Of a stretch of DNA of 64,000 nt, positions 7,585 to 16,694 are shown one piece after another. The stretch spans positions 26,854-90,853 of the forward strand of contig CAIWMU010000213.1 of assembly GCA_903913865.1 (NCBI GenBank). Reading direction: 5' to 3'. The DNA is from an uncultured Verrucomicrobia subdivision 3 bacterium (GTDB lineage: Bacteria; Verrucomicrobiota; Verrucomicrobiia; Limisphaerales; UBA8199). A model generated the notes under the pieces. The model saw only the letters and a list, made by a program, of their open reading frames with translations. It made no database searches and was not told where the DNA came from. The translations under genes were made by a program, and so were the position numbers. Position 1 is the stretch's first letter, and every line of letters starts with the position of its first letter.

Positions 7585-8889
7585 TCAGATCAACCCCAGC
7601 TCTTTTCCAACTGCACCGAGCTTTTCGAGTGCAAAGTCGATCTGCTTGTCCGTGTGCGTGGCCATGAGGCTGATGCGGATCAATTCCTCGCCCGGAAGAA
7701 CTCCCGGGGAGACGACTGGATTGACGAACACGCCCTCCTCCTGGAGTCTCTTGCAGTAGTTGAACGCCTTCATGACGTCCCGGCAGAAGAGGGGCAGGAT
7801 GGGGGTCTCGGAATGTCCCAGATCAAACCCAAGGCTCAGGAGGCCCTGCTTCATGCGCTCGGTGTTTGCCCAGAGGCGGGCAATCCGCTCCGGTTGGTCA
7901 ACCATGATCTCGATCGCCGCCAGCACGGCTGCGGCATTCGAGGGACTCATGCTGGCGCTGAAAATCAGGCTCCGGGAATGGTGCTTCAGGTAGTCAATCG
8001 TCTCCGCATCGGAGGCGATGAACCCGCCCAGACTGGCGAGGGATTTGCTGAAAGTCCCCATGATCAGGTGGACTTCGTCATCCAGACCAAAATGGCTGGC
8101 CGTTCCGGCCCCGTTCCTGCCCAGCACACCAATCGAGTGGGCATCATCCACCATGACGGCGGCCCCGTGCTTTTTCGCGATGGCGCACAATTCAGGGAGT
8201 TGGATGATGTCCCCCTCCATGCTGAACACTCCATCGACCACAATCAGTTTGCCCGCATCGGGCCGGATCTGGCGCAACCGATCCTCCAGAGCCCCCATGT
8301 CCTTGTGGGAAAATCGGTGGAATCTCGCGGGACTTGCCTGGCAGCCCTCCACGATGCTGGCGTGGTTGCTCTTGTCCCCAAGAATGAAATCCCCTCTTCC
8401 GGCCAGGGCGCTGATAACGCCCAGATTCACCTGGAAACCGGTGCTGTAAAGGAGGACTGCTTCCTTTTTCACAAGGCGGGCAAGGGCCTGCTCCAATTCA
8501 ATGTGAATGTCGAGCGTCCCATTCAGAAAGCGGGAACCGGCACAGCCTGTGCCATACTTGTCCACAGCCGCCTTTGCGGCTTCTTTGATTTTGGGATGGT
8601 TCGTCAGGCCCAGATAGCTGTTCGAGCCGAGCATGAGCACCGGCTTTCCGTCAATCATCACCTCCGTATCCTGCGCGGATGTGATCACCCGGAAATAGGG
8701 ATACACTCCCAGACCGCGAAGCTGGTTCGCGGTGGTGAAATCCTGCATCTTGTCAAAAATGAAGGGCCTGGTCCTGATCCGCCCCGACCCGTTGGCGGAT
8801 GGCGCGACGGTGCTCTTCTGCGGAGAACGGGTAGGGCAAGCCTCTTCCCGCTTCGTTTCAAGAGCTGACGTCGATTCGTTATAAATCAT
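7585..8889 (-). CDS. PLP-dependent alpha-oxoamine synthase, serine palmitoyltransferase-like (alternatively BioF/KBL-like).
   Basis: Segments seen: [55 protein letters not shown], and the PLP-lysine motif [13 protein letters not shown]. By eye it aligns along its length with the Sphingomonas SPT sequence I recall. Confidence 0.8.
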   Translation of the reverse strand: MIYNESTSALETKREEACPTRSPQKSTVAPSANGSGRIRTRPFIFDKMQDFTTANQLRGLGVYPYFRVITSAQDTEVMIDGKPVLMLGSNSYLGLTNHPKIKEAAKAAVDKYGTGCAGSRFLNGTLDIHIELEQALARLVKKEAVLLYSTGFQVNLGVISALAGRGDFILGDKSNHASIVEGCQASPARFHRFSHKDMGALEDRLRQIRPDAGKLIVVDGVFSMEGDIIQLPELCAIAKKHGAAVMVDDAHSIGVLGRNGAGTASHFGLDDEVHLIMGTFSKSLASLGGFIASDAETIDYLKHHSRSLIFSASMSPSNAAAVLAAIEIMVDQPERIARLWANTERMKQGLLSLGFDLGHSETPILPLFCRDVMKAFNYCKRLQEEGVFVNPVVSPGVLPGEELIRISLMATHTDKQIDFALEKLGAVGKELGLI

Positions 8890-9130
8890 AGTTTTGAAAG
8901 CCGTAGAGCGACCTTATCCGCTCCCTTTTACGCCGAATCACGCGCCATGCAAGGCAGAAATTCCCCTCACAAGGTTGTCAAAAGTGTGTTTTACCGTGTA
9001 AAAAGGCTCTTCCGAAGTGTTTTTGAAAATCCGCTGTGCGGTGATGTGCAAGAGGTTGCAACGGATGAAGGCCGGGGTCTGCAAACAGATCACCCCCATC
9101 TCCGCTCCGCCAACAAAGCCCTCCGGTTTG

Positions 9131-9754
9131 CTACAGGGGCTTGCCCATGTAAACGCATCCGTCGCGGCCTTCGCCAACGCGGATCAGTTCCTTAAAGCCG
9201 AGCTTAAGATAAAATCCCATCGCCGGGGTGTTCATCATGCTGACGCCGAGGTGTGCTCCCGGGGCACCCTGCTTCTTGAGTTCTGCCATCACCTGATCCA
9301 GCATCTGGCGCCCGAAGCCATGGCCCTGTGCCCGTGGAAGCAGATCGATGTGCAGGTGGGAGGGGTAGGCGCTGTAGGGTTCGGGGCAAAAATAGTCGGG
9401 ATGGTGGTAAACAAAGTAAATCTGCTCGGCGCGGGTCCACTTTTCCGGGTCGCCTTTTGGTTCGGGATACTTGCTGCAGAGGGTGGGTCGCCATTCCTTC
9501 TCATACCGGTCGTAGAACTGGTGGGAGTCCAGAGCGCCAAGGGCGTAGCCGCAGATCCCCTGATCATCCTCGAGGATGAGTCCAAACTCAGGGGCATAGG
9601 AGAGATAGGGCCCGACGAAGACCCGTCCGAGCGCATCGGGATCCTCCCGGTAGAACGGTTCACCATCGCGGCCGAAATCGCCGGTTTTCAGGCAGACGTG
9701 GTAGGCACCTGCTTCATCGCCGGGGCGGACACCCCGGATCTTAAAATTGCTCAT
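9131..9754 (-). CDS. Stand-alone GNAT acetyltransferase homologous to the C-terminal HAT-like domain of eukaryotic O-GlcNAcase.
   Basis: LILEDDQGICGYALGALD matches human OGA FVLEDEDGICGYALGTVD. FKIRGVRPGDEAGAYHVC matches YSIRPYFPKDEASVYKIC. GFYLKLGFKEL matches EFYSKLGCFEI. It retains the acetyl-CoA motif RAQGHGFG. The start is 5 nt after the GH84 stop. Confidence 0.8.
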   Translation of the reverse strand: MSNFKIRGVRPGDEAGAYHVCLKTGDFGRDGEPFYREDPDALGRVFVGPYLSYAPEFGLILEDDQGICGYALGALDSHQFYDRYEKEWRPTLCSKYPEPKGDPEKWTRAEQIYFVYHHPDYFCPEPYSAYPSHLHIDLLPRAQGHGFGRQMLDQVMAELKKQGAPGAHLGVSMMNTPAMGFYLKLGFKELIRVGEGRDGCVYMGKPL

Positions 9755-9759
9755 GTTAT

Positions 9760-11163
9760 TTATGCCGGGTTGGTTTCCGGCGTTGATCTTTTCGTCTCGA
9801 GTGACTGTGCGACAGTAAAGGCACCATCCGCTTCCTGCACCAGAAATTTTTGCAGATCTGCCACAAAGCTTCCGCGGTAGGTATGGGGGAGGTGAAAGTC
9901 TGCCCTAAACGGTGTGTGCCGGATTGCCGGGTTGGCCCGGTGCTCGATGCAGCGCTGCAACAGGTCGATCTCCTCGCGCAGTTCCCACACCCGTCGGTGG
10001 ATGGCGTTGAAGAGGGGGCGGTTTATCAGTTCCGCCATCCGCGCACAGCAGGATCGGAGGCGCTCGGAGCGTTCGCGGAATTGTGCGAGGATGTCCGGCA
10101 TGGCCAGGGGATCGCCCTGCAAAAGTTTGCGGGTCAGGTCGAACAGGATTTCCGCCTCCGGCCCGCTTTCGTAGGGCAGGTAATGGCAATCCCCGAACAG
10201 GACGAGATCCTCATAGGAGATCGGGGCACCGGCCGTTAGAAACTGGGAGTGCCATTCCCGCATGGCTTCCAAATAGGCCTGGCGCGGATTCCAGTCAGGA
10301 GACCCGTGCAGGAACTTCCCCAGGGTGAGCCATGGGACAAAATTCACCGGGAACTCGCAATTGGGGTTGCAGAGCAACCCGGCGAGTTCCTGCCGCAGTT
10401 CGGGCGGGCGTCCGGAGTAAGGGCCGCAGTAGAAACGGCGGCCATCGTAATCGTTGGCATGCAGGTTCTCCCAGACCACCGGCTTCCGCCGCAGGAGGCT
10501 TGCCAGATCGCGGGTTTCCTGGACGGTGATTTCCTCTGGAATGATTTCGGACCCGGTCCAGAAGACGTCGATTTCCGGCAGCAATTCCTGACCCAGAATG
10601 GCGAGGTAGTTCTTCCCCCCATGCTCGCGCATGGCCATCCGCCCGCAGTAGGGGGTGGGGCAGAAAAGAAATCGCGAGGAGGGTTCCTGCTGGCGTATCC
10701 AGCGGAATATGGCGTTGGTGGTGGATGCCTGCGCGGCTGCCAGGGATGTCCATCGTTTTGAGTCCTCCGGGTGCATCTGGTCCGGGATGTCGTCGAAAAG
10801 CAGACAGAAATGTTTGGCTCCCAGCGAAAGAACCTGGGCGAGCTTGCCCTGTAGCGCTTCATGGTCGGATGTCGAGGAGTAGGTGATGTCCAGCCCGGGG
10901 CTGAGTGCATAGAGAAACTCGAGCCCATGCTCCGATGCCGCGCGAATGAGGGTCTGGAGGTCGGCCGCCTCCGTTTGTGTGTATTGTTGCCGCCACTGTG
11001 CCCGGTGCTTCAGATCGTCCTTGGGCGCATACATGTAGGTGTTGAACCCGCATCGGCGCATCCAGTCAAAGAGGGTCATCCGTTCAACGGAACTCCAAGG
11101 CGGGCCGTAAAATCCCTCAATCACACCGGTCAGGAATGTTGCTTCGTTGCTCACGTTTTGCAT
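9760..11163 (-). CDS. GH84 beta-N-acetylglucosaminidase of the O-GlcNAcase (OGA) type, with catalytic and helical stalk regions and no signal peptide.
   Basis: Motifs seen: [29 protein letters not shown], the catalytic Asp-Asp pair in [53 protein letters not shown] and LLCNPNCEF. All are co-linear with the human OGA motifs I recall. Confidence 0.9.
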   Translation of the reverse strand: [467 protein letters not shown]

Positions 11164-11202
11164 GGCGGTTTTCAGGAAGATGAGACCTGACCCTATTCGG
11201 CT

Positions 11203-13566
11203 CTAGTTGCTCTTTTTCGGGGTGACTTCGAGAGTTTCCCCGTTGATGCGGAGGTGCAGCGGCTTGGGTGAGGGGGAGCGCAGTTTGTAATTCGTCACGC
11301 GTCCGTTCGCCCATTCGATGTCCACAGTGATACCGCCCCGGGCTTTAAGACCCGTCACCTTGCCTTGTGCCCACGATTTGGGAAGGGCGGGCAGGAGGGC
11401 GATTTCATCCTGATGACTCTGAAGCAGCATCTCGGCGATGCCCGATGCGGCGCCAAAATTGCCATCGATCTGGAAGGGGGGGTGGGCATCAAACAGATTG
11501 GGATACATACCACCGCCCTGATTTCCCTTGCGGTTAATCGGTGCCAGGAGGTTTTTCAAGATCAGCAGGGCATGGTCTCCTTCAAGGAACCGGGCCCAAA
11601 GGTTGACCTTCCACCCCATGCTCCAGCCGGTGGCGGCATCCCCCCGGTAGATGAGAGACTGGCGGGCGGCTGCGAACAGTTCCGGCTCGCGCGGAGTGAT
11701 TTCAGAGCCGGGATAGACGGCCCACAAGTGTGAAACATGCCGGTGGGTGTTTTTGGGATCATCCTTGTCCTCCACCCATTCCTGAAGCTGGCCATGGCGG
11801 CCGACCTTGTTTGGAGCGATCTGCTGGCGGAGTGCATCCAGGCTGTCGGCGAAGGCCTGATCCTTCCCGAGAAGACGGGCCGCCCGTGCCGTGTTTTCAA
11901 ACAGGGTCCGGGTGATCTGATGGTCCATGGCGGGTCCCATCACAAGACCGCCCTGCTCGGGGGAGTTGGAGGGACCGCTGATCATTTTTCCGGTGATGGG
12001 ATCACGCACGAGATAATCGACAAAAAAGAGGGCGGCATCCTTCATCAGGGGATAGGCCCGCTGCTCCAGAAAATCGCGGTCCCCGGTGAACAGGAAATGC
12101 TCCCACAGATGCTGGCAGAGCCAGGAACCGCCACTGGGCCAGATACCGTGGTCACTGCCATTGATCGGGGCAGTTCCCCTCCAGACATCGGTATTGTGGT
12201 GGAGGACCCATCCCCTCGCGCCGTAGTGTGCCTTTGCGGTTTTGCGCCCAGTGATGGCGCAGTCACCCAGCATGTCGAAGAGGGGTTCCGCACATTCGGA
12301 GAGATTGCCCACTTCGGCGGGCCAATAGTTCATCTCGGTATTGATGTTGACCGTCATCTTGCTGTCCCAGGGGGGGCTTTTGGAATCGTTCCAGATCCCC
12401 TGCAGGTTCGCGGGCTGTCCGCCGGGGCGACTGCATGCGATCAGGAGGTATCGGCCGTATTGGAATGTGAGTGTGACGAGCCCGGGATCGTTCCCCGTGG
12501 CGAATTGTTCGAGGCGCTGGTCGGTCGGGAGGTCGGCCGTGGCCGAGTGACCCAGATCCAGTGCGACGCGGTGGAACAGTTTCTGGTGGTCCGCCACATG
12601 GGTTTTGAGCAAGCGGGCATAATCTTTGCCTGCGACAGAGGCAAGCATTGAAGCTGCCCGCTCCTCCGGGTTGGCGCTGATATCCCGGAAGTTTTTGTAA
12701 CTGCTGGCTCCGGCCAGGACGAGAGTGGCGGAGTCCGCATGCTCCACGAGGATAGAACTGTCGTTGAGCGTTAGCGTTCCCCCCTTGGTGGAGGCTTTCA
12801 GGCGGGCTTCAAACCGGACTCCACCCTCCTCGACCTGTCCGAACAGGGCCAGCTGATCACCCGGACGCCGTGTGGTTTGGACCTGCTGATGGGCACTGTC
12901 GAGCCGGGCGGCAAAGCTGATGCTGCCGGGCTTGTCGGCAGTGATGCGCAGGACGATCACCCGGTCCGGAAAGCTGGCAAAGGCCTCGCGGGTGTAGTGA
13001 ACCCCTCCGGATTCGTAGGAAACGCGGGACACCGCCATATCCAGATCCAGTTCGCGCCGGTAGGAGGTGAAATTGGTCTGGCCGGGAAAACTGATCCGGA
13101 GATCGCCGAACGGTTGGTAGGCTCGTTGGGTGAGGGGGACGCTCATGAACTCCTGCATGCCGAGCTGGTGCGCTTTTTTTTGTTTTGTTCCGGCTGCCTG
13201 GCGCCGGGATTTTGCATCCTCCTGTTTGCCGGCCTTTTCGAGTTCGTCCGCCTCGATTTCCAACCGCCTGCATTCGTTCAGCAGGTCGCGCAACTCGGGA
13301 AGGAACCTGACAGCCCCCTCATGTTGATATTCATGCGGTTTGCCGTTCCAGATGGTGCTCTCATTGAATTGAAGGTGCTCCTCCTGGACGCCCCCAAAAA
13401 CCATGGCTCCCATACGGCCGTTGCCGATGGGCAGGGCCTCCACCCATTGGCGGGCCGGTTTGTCATACCACAACTTCAGGGCATCGGCGCACAGCCCCGG
13501 GAGGGTTGTCCCGAGAGCGAGACCAACCGGTATCAGAAACAGCAATCTGCGTAGTGTTTTTTGCAT
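11203..13566 (-). CDS. Exported GH95-family glycoside hydrolase (alpha-L-fucosidase-like).
   Basis: The GH95 N-terminal signature is LWYDKPARQWVEALPIGNGRMGAMVFGG..LQFNESTIWNG. I place the start at the ATG at 13566, which gives the signal peptide MQKTLRRLLFLIPVGLALG. The longer ORF-track N-terminus is rejected. Confidence 0.85.
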   Translation of the reverse strand: MQKTLRRLLFLIPVGLALGTTLPGLCADALKLWYDKPARQWVEALPIGNGRMGAMVFGGVQEEHLQFNESTIWNGKPHEYQHEGAVRFLPELRDLLNECRRLEIEADELEKAGKQEDAKSRRQAAGTKQKKAHQLGMQEFMSVPLTQRAYQPFGDLRISFPGQTNFTSYRRELDLDMAVSRVSYESGGVHYTREAFASFPDRVIVLRITADKPGSISFAARLDSAHQQVQTTRRPGDQLALFGQVEEGGVRFEARLKASTKGGTLTLNDSSILVEHADSATLVLAGASSYKNFRDISANPEERAASMLASVAGKDYARLLKTHVADHQKLFHRVALDLGHSATADLPTDQRLEQFATGNDPGLVTLTFQYGRYLLIACSRPGGQPANLQGIWNDSKSPPWDSKMTVNINTEMNYWPAEVGNLSECAEPLFDMLGDCAITGRKTAKAHYGARGWVLHHNTDVWRGTAPINGSDHGIWPSGGSWLCQHLWEHFLFTGDRDFLEQRAYPLMKDAALFFVDYLVRDPITGKMISGPSNSPEQGGLVMGPAMDHQITRTLFENTARAARLLGKDQAFADSLDALRQQIAPNKVGRHGQLQEWVEDKDDPKNTHRHVSHLWAVYPGSEITPREPELFAAARQSLIYRGDAATGWSMGWKVNLWARFLEGDHALLILKNLLAPINRKGNQGGGMYPNLFDAHPPFQIDGNFGAASGIAEMLLQSHQDEIALLPALPKSWAQGKVTGLKARGGITVDIEWANGRVTNYKLRSPSPKPLHLRINGETLEVTPKKSN

Positions 13567-13676
13567 ACGGATTCTGGCTCCATCATAAGGAGAGGCGTGG
13601 CAGATGAACAGCACTGAGTGTCTCCGGGAGGCAACAAGACTTGAACCCCGGGATGCCATCTGTGAACAATGGGGGC

Positions 13677-15161
13677 ATGCGCCTGATTTTTGTTCGTCTG
13701 ATTTTTGGTCTCGCAGCCCTGTTCTGCATGGGATTGCAATCCGTCCGGGGAGTCACAGGGCCGCCAACGGGGCCCAATGTGGTTTTCATTCTGGCGGATG
13801 ACCTGGGGTGGGGGGAGTTGGGTTGCTATGGTCAGACGAAGATTCGCACTCCCAACATTGACCGGTTATCAGCCCAGGGGATGCGGTTCACGCAACACTA
13901 CTCGGGGGCCCCCGTTTGCGCGCCCGCGCGGAACGTGCTGATGACAGGGCTGCACCTGGGTCATGCGGAGATCAGGGGAAACAAGCAGGCGGTGGAAGGT
14001 GGCGAGGGGCAGTGGCCGATTTCCACCAACCGGATCACGATTGCCAGGGTGTTGAGGGACGCGGGGTATGCCACCGGGGCCGTGGGCAAGTGGGGGCTCG
14101 GTCCGGTAGGCAGCTCGGGGGATCCCAATCTGCAGGGATTCGACCTCTTTTTCGGCTACAACTGCCAGGCGGTGGCCCATTCCTATTTCCCACACCATCT
14201 GTGGAGCAACGCGACTCAAGTGGTGATCAACGAGAAGCCGGTGCCGGGTCACCAAAAAAAGACGGCAGGGGATGTCCGGCTTGAAGATTATCAGGGCGGG
14301 ACTTATGCGCCGGATTTGATGGAGGCCGCAGCCGTGAGGTTCATCGGGGAAAATGCCGCCAAACCGTTCTTCCTCTATTGTGCCTTCACGGAACCCCATG
14401 TTTCCATGCAACCTCCCAAACGGCTGGTGGAATCCTATCCGGCAGATTGGGATGATCAGCCGTATCGTGGCCAGAGCGGTTACCTGCCGCATCCCCGACC
14501 ACGGGCCGCCTATGCCGCGATGATCACGAGTCTCGATGAGCATGTGGGCAAGGTGCTGGATGCCCTTGAAAGGCATCACTTGACTGAAAAGACGCTGGTC
14601 ATCTTCACCAGTGACAACGGCACCACCCACCGGGCAGCCGACCCCGTTTATGGCATCGGCGGGGTGGATGCGGCCTTCTTCAACAGCACCCGCGGATTGC
14701 GCGCCTTCAAGGGCAGTGTCTATGAGGGCGGACTCCGGGTGCCACTGGTGGTGCGGTGGCCCGGCCGGGTCAAGCCCGGGTCCACGAGTGATTTTCCCAG
14801 CTATTTTCCTGATCATTTTGCCACCCTTTGCGATGCGCTGCATCTGGCCCCATCCGGCGCCCGGGACGGTATCAGCCTGCTGCCCGTGCTTCTGGGTTCG
14901 GGGACCCCCGGCCGCAATCCGATGGTCTGGGTGTATCCGGAATACGGCGGGCAGGTCTGTGTGCGGTTGGGCAAATACAAGGCTCTCCGGCAGCGGCTCA
15001 ACACGCCGAAGCCGGGGCCGTGGGAACTTTATGATATTGCTCAGGATCCGGGTGAGAAGGTGGACATTGCCCAGCGTCATCCAGAGATTGTCGAGCAGGC
15101 AAAGGCGATCCTGAAAAACCAGATGGACGAAAATCGTATTTTCCCCCTGAAGGTGCCGTAG
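13677..15161 (+). CDS. Exported formylglycine-dependent sulfatase (arylsulfatase family).
   Basis: NVVFILADDLGWGELGCYG is followed by the Cys-type maturation motif CAPARNVLMTG. FTSDNG is also present. The signal peptide MRLIFVRLIFGLAALFCMG starts from the ATG at 13677. Confidence 0.9.
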   Translation: MRLIFVRLIFGLAALFCMGLQSVRGVTGPPTGPNVVFILADDLGWGELGCYGQTKIRTPNIDRLSAQGMRFTQHYSGAPVCAPARNVLMTGLHLGHAEIRGNKQAVEGGEGQWPISTNRITIARVLRDAGYATGAVGKWGLGPVGSSGDPNLQGFDLFFGYNCQAVAHSYFPHHLWSNATQVVINEKPVPGHQKKTAGDVRLEDYQGGTYAPDLMEAAAVRFIGENAAKPFFLYCAFTEPHVSMQPPKRLVESYPADWDDQPYRGQSGYLPHPRPRAAYAAMITSLDEHVGKVLDALERHHLTEKTLVIFTSDNGTTHRAADPVYGIGGVDAAFFNSTRGLRAFKGSVYEGGLRVPLVVRWPGRVKPGSTSDFPSYFPDHFATLCDALHLAPSGARDGISLLPVLLGSGTPGRNPMVWVYPEYGGQVCVRLGKYKALRQRLNTPKPGPWELYDIAQDPGEKVDIAQRHPEIVEQAKAILKNQMDENRIFPLKVP

Positions 15162-15238
15162 GAGAAGGAGGGCTCAAACGTGATCTCCCCCAACAGAGTT
15201 CTTGGCACGGTTTTGGGCCGACTGTATTCTCTGCGGCA

Positions 15239-16600
15239 ATGAAGTCGCTGCTGTTCACTGGTGGAAGAGTAATTGATCCGGCCAATGGCCTTGATGCCGG
15301 GGCCGATGTCCTGGTTGTTGATGGCCGAATCAGCGCTGTGGGCAATGGGTTGGCCGCTCCCGAAGGGGATGTGGAGCGGGTGGACGCCCGGGGGCTGGTG
15401 GTTTGCCCGGGGTTGATTGATCTCCATGTTCATCTGCGGGAGCCGGGCCAGACCGCGAAGGAGACTATTGCCAGCGGCACACAGGCTGCGGCGCGGGGTG
15501 GATTCACATCCATCGTCTGCATGCCCAACACATCCCCATCGATCGATAATCCGGGGACGGTGGTGCTGATTCAAGAGGTTGCCAGGACTCAAGGGGTGGT
15601 GAATGTGCTGGTGTCGGGCGCCATCTCGAAGAATATCGCCGGGGAGGAACTGGCGCCGATCGGATCTCTCAAGAAGGCCGGTATTGTTGCGATCACCGAT
15701 GATGGTCACTGTATCCAAAACAATGAATTGATGCGGCGGGCGCTTGAATACGCGCAGATGTTCGACCTGCCGGTCATGGATCATTGTCAGGACTACAGCC
15801 TCGTGACGGACGGCATCATGCACGAAGGCTATTGGAGCACCGCACTGGGGTTGCGGGGATGGCCTGCGGCGGGGGAGGAGATGATCGTCGCGCGCAACAT
15901 CCTTCTGGCTGAATTGACGGGGGGACGCGTTCATTGCCAGCATCTGAGTGCGGCGGGAAGCGTGCGGCTGATCCGCGAGGCCAAAAAACGGGGTGTGCCC
16001 ATTTCAGGTGAGGCCTGTCCCCACCATTTTGTTCTGACCGATGCGGCAGTGGCAGGTAGTGAAAAATTCTGGGCTGCAGACGGGCAGGGGGTCGTTGGGT
16101 TGCCTCCAGGCCAGCCAAAGCCTGCATGGCCATGCTATGACACGAATTTCAAGATGAACCCGCCCCTCCGTTCGGCTGCGGACCGGGAGGCCATTCTGGA
16201 AGGGTTGACAGATGGAACCATCGAAATCCTTGCCAGCGACCACGCCCCCCACTGCAGCTACGAGAAGGAGGTCGAGTTCGACTATGCTCCGTTCGGAATC
16301 ACCGGGCTGGAGACGGAGCTGGCCCTTTCGTTGATGCAACTGTACCACTCGAAGCGTCTTGGATTGGCTGACATCATCGCCAAGTTCACCGTTAATCCTG
16401 CCCGGTTGCTTCGCCTCAAGAAGGGAACTCTTAGCGTCGGTGCCGATGCGGATATCACGTTGATCGATCCTGATCGTGAATGGACGTTTTCCCGTGCCGT
16501 CTCCGCCAGCAAATCCTGGAACAGCCCTTTCATGGGTTGGCCATTGAAAGGTCGGGCAGTGGCGACCTATGTGGGTGGCAAGAACGTCTGGGCTGTCTGA
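15239..16600 (+). CDS. pyrC: Dihydroorotase.
   Basis: Segments seen: GGRVIDP..DVLVVDGRI, the metal-binding GLIDLHVHLREPG, GGFTSIVCMPNT, ASDHAPH and ADITLIDP. Confidence 0.9.
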   Translation: MKSLLFTGGRVIDPANGLDAGADVLVVDGRISAVGNGLAAPEGDVERVDARGLVVCPGLIDLHVHLREPGQTAKETIASGTQAAARGGFTSIVCMPNTSPSIDNPGTVVLIQEVARTQGVVNVLVSGAISKNIAGEELAPIGSLKKAGIVAITDDGHCIQNNELMRRALEYAQMFDLPVMDHCQDYSLVTDGIMHEGYWSTALGLRGWPAAGEEMIVARNILLAELTGGRVHCQHLSAAGSVRLIREAKKRGVPISGEACPHHFVLTDAAVAGSEKFWAADGQGVVGLPPGQPKPAWPCYDTNFKMNPPLRSAADREAILEGLTDGTIEILASDHAPHCSYEKEVEFDYAPFGITGLETELALSLMQLYHSKRLGLADIIAKFTVNPARLLRLKKGTLSVGADADITLIDPDREWTFSRAVSASKSWNSPFMGWPLKGRAVATYVGGKNVWAV

Positions 16601-16667
16601 GGTCTGTCCCCTCCAGCCTTGCGTTGCATCAGGCGAGGGGGGCGGGGAAGCATCCCCGAAAAAGCAG

Positions 16668-16694
16668 AAAGGCCGGGTTTTCACCCGGCCTTTT
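16668..16694 (+). terminator. Rho-independent terminator after pyrC. It is symmetric, with A-tract, hairpin and T-tract.
   Basis: aaa ggccgggt tttc acccggcc tttt forms an 8-bp GC-rich stem. Confidence 0.8.

Noticed and set aside
7540-8868. A 442-aa plus-strand ORF covering the whole SPT-like gene in antisense.
   Set aside because: It has no recognisable domain. Its composition (R/G/H/Q-rich) is typical of an antisense frame, whereas the minus-strand frame has clear PLP-enzyme motifs.
9131-9754. The GNAT gene as a GNAT-type toxin of a toxin-antitoxin pair.
   Set aside because: There is no small adjacent antitoxin (RHH/Xre) gene. The sequence instead aligns specifically with the OGA C-terminal domain and is coupled to the GH84 gene.
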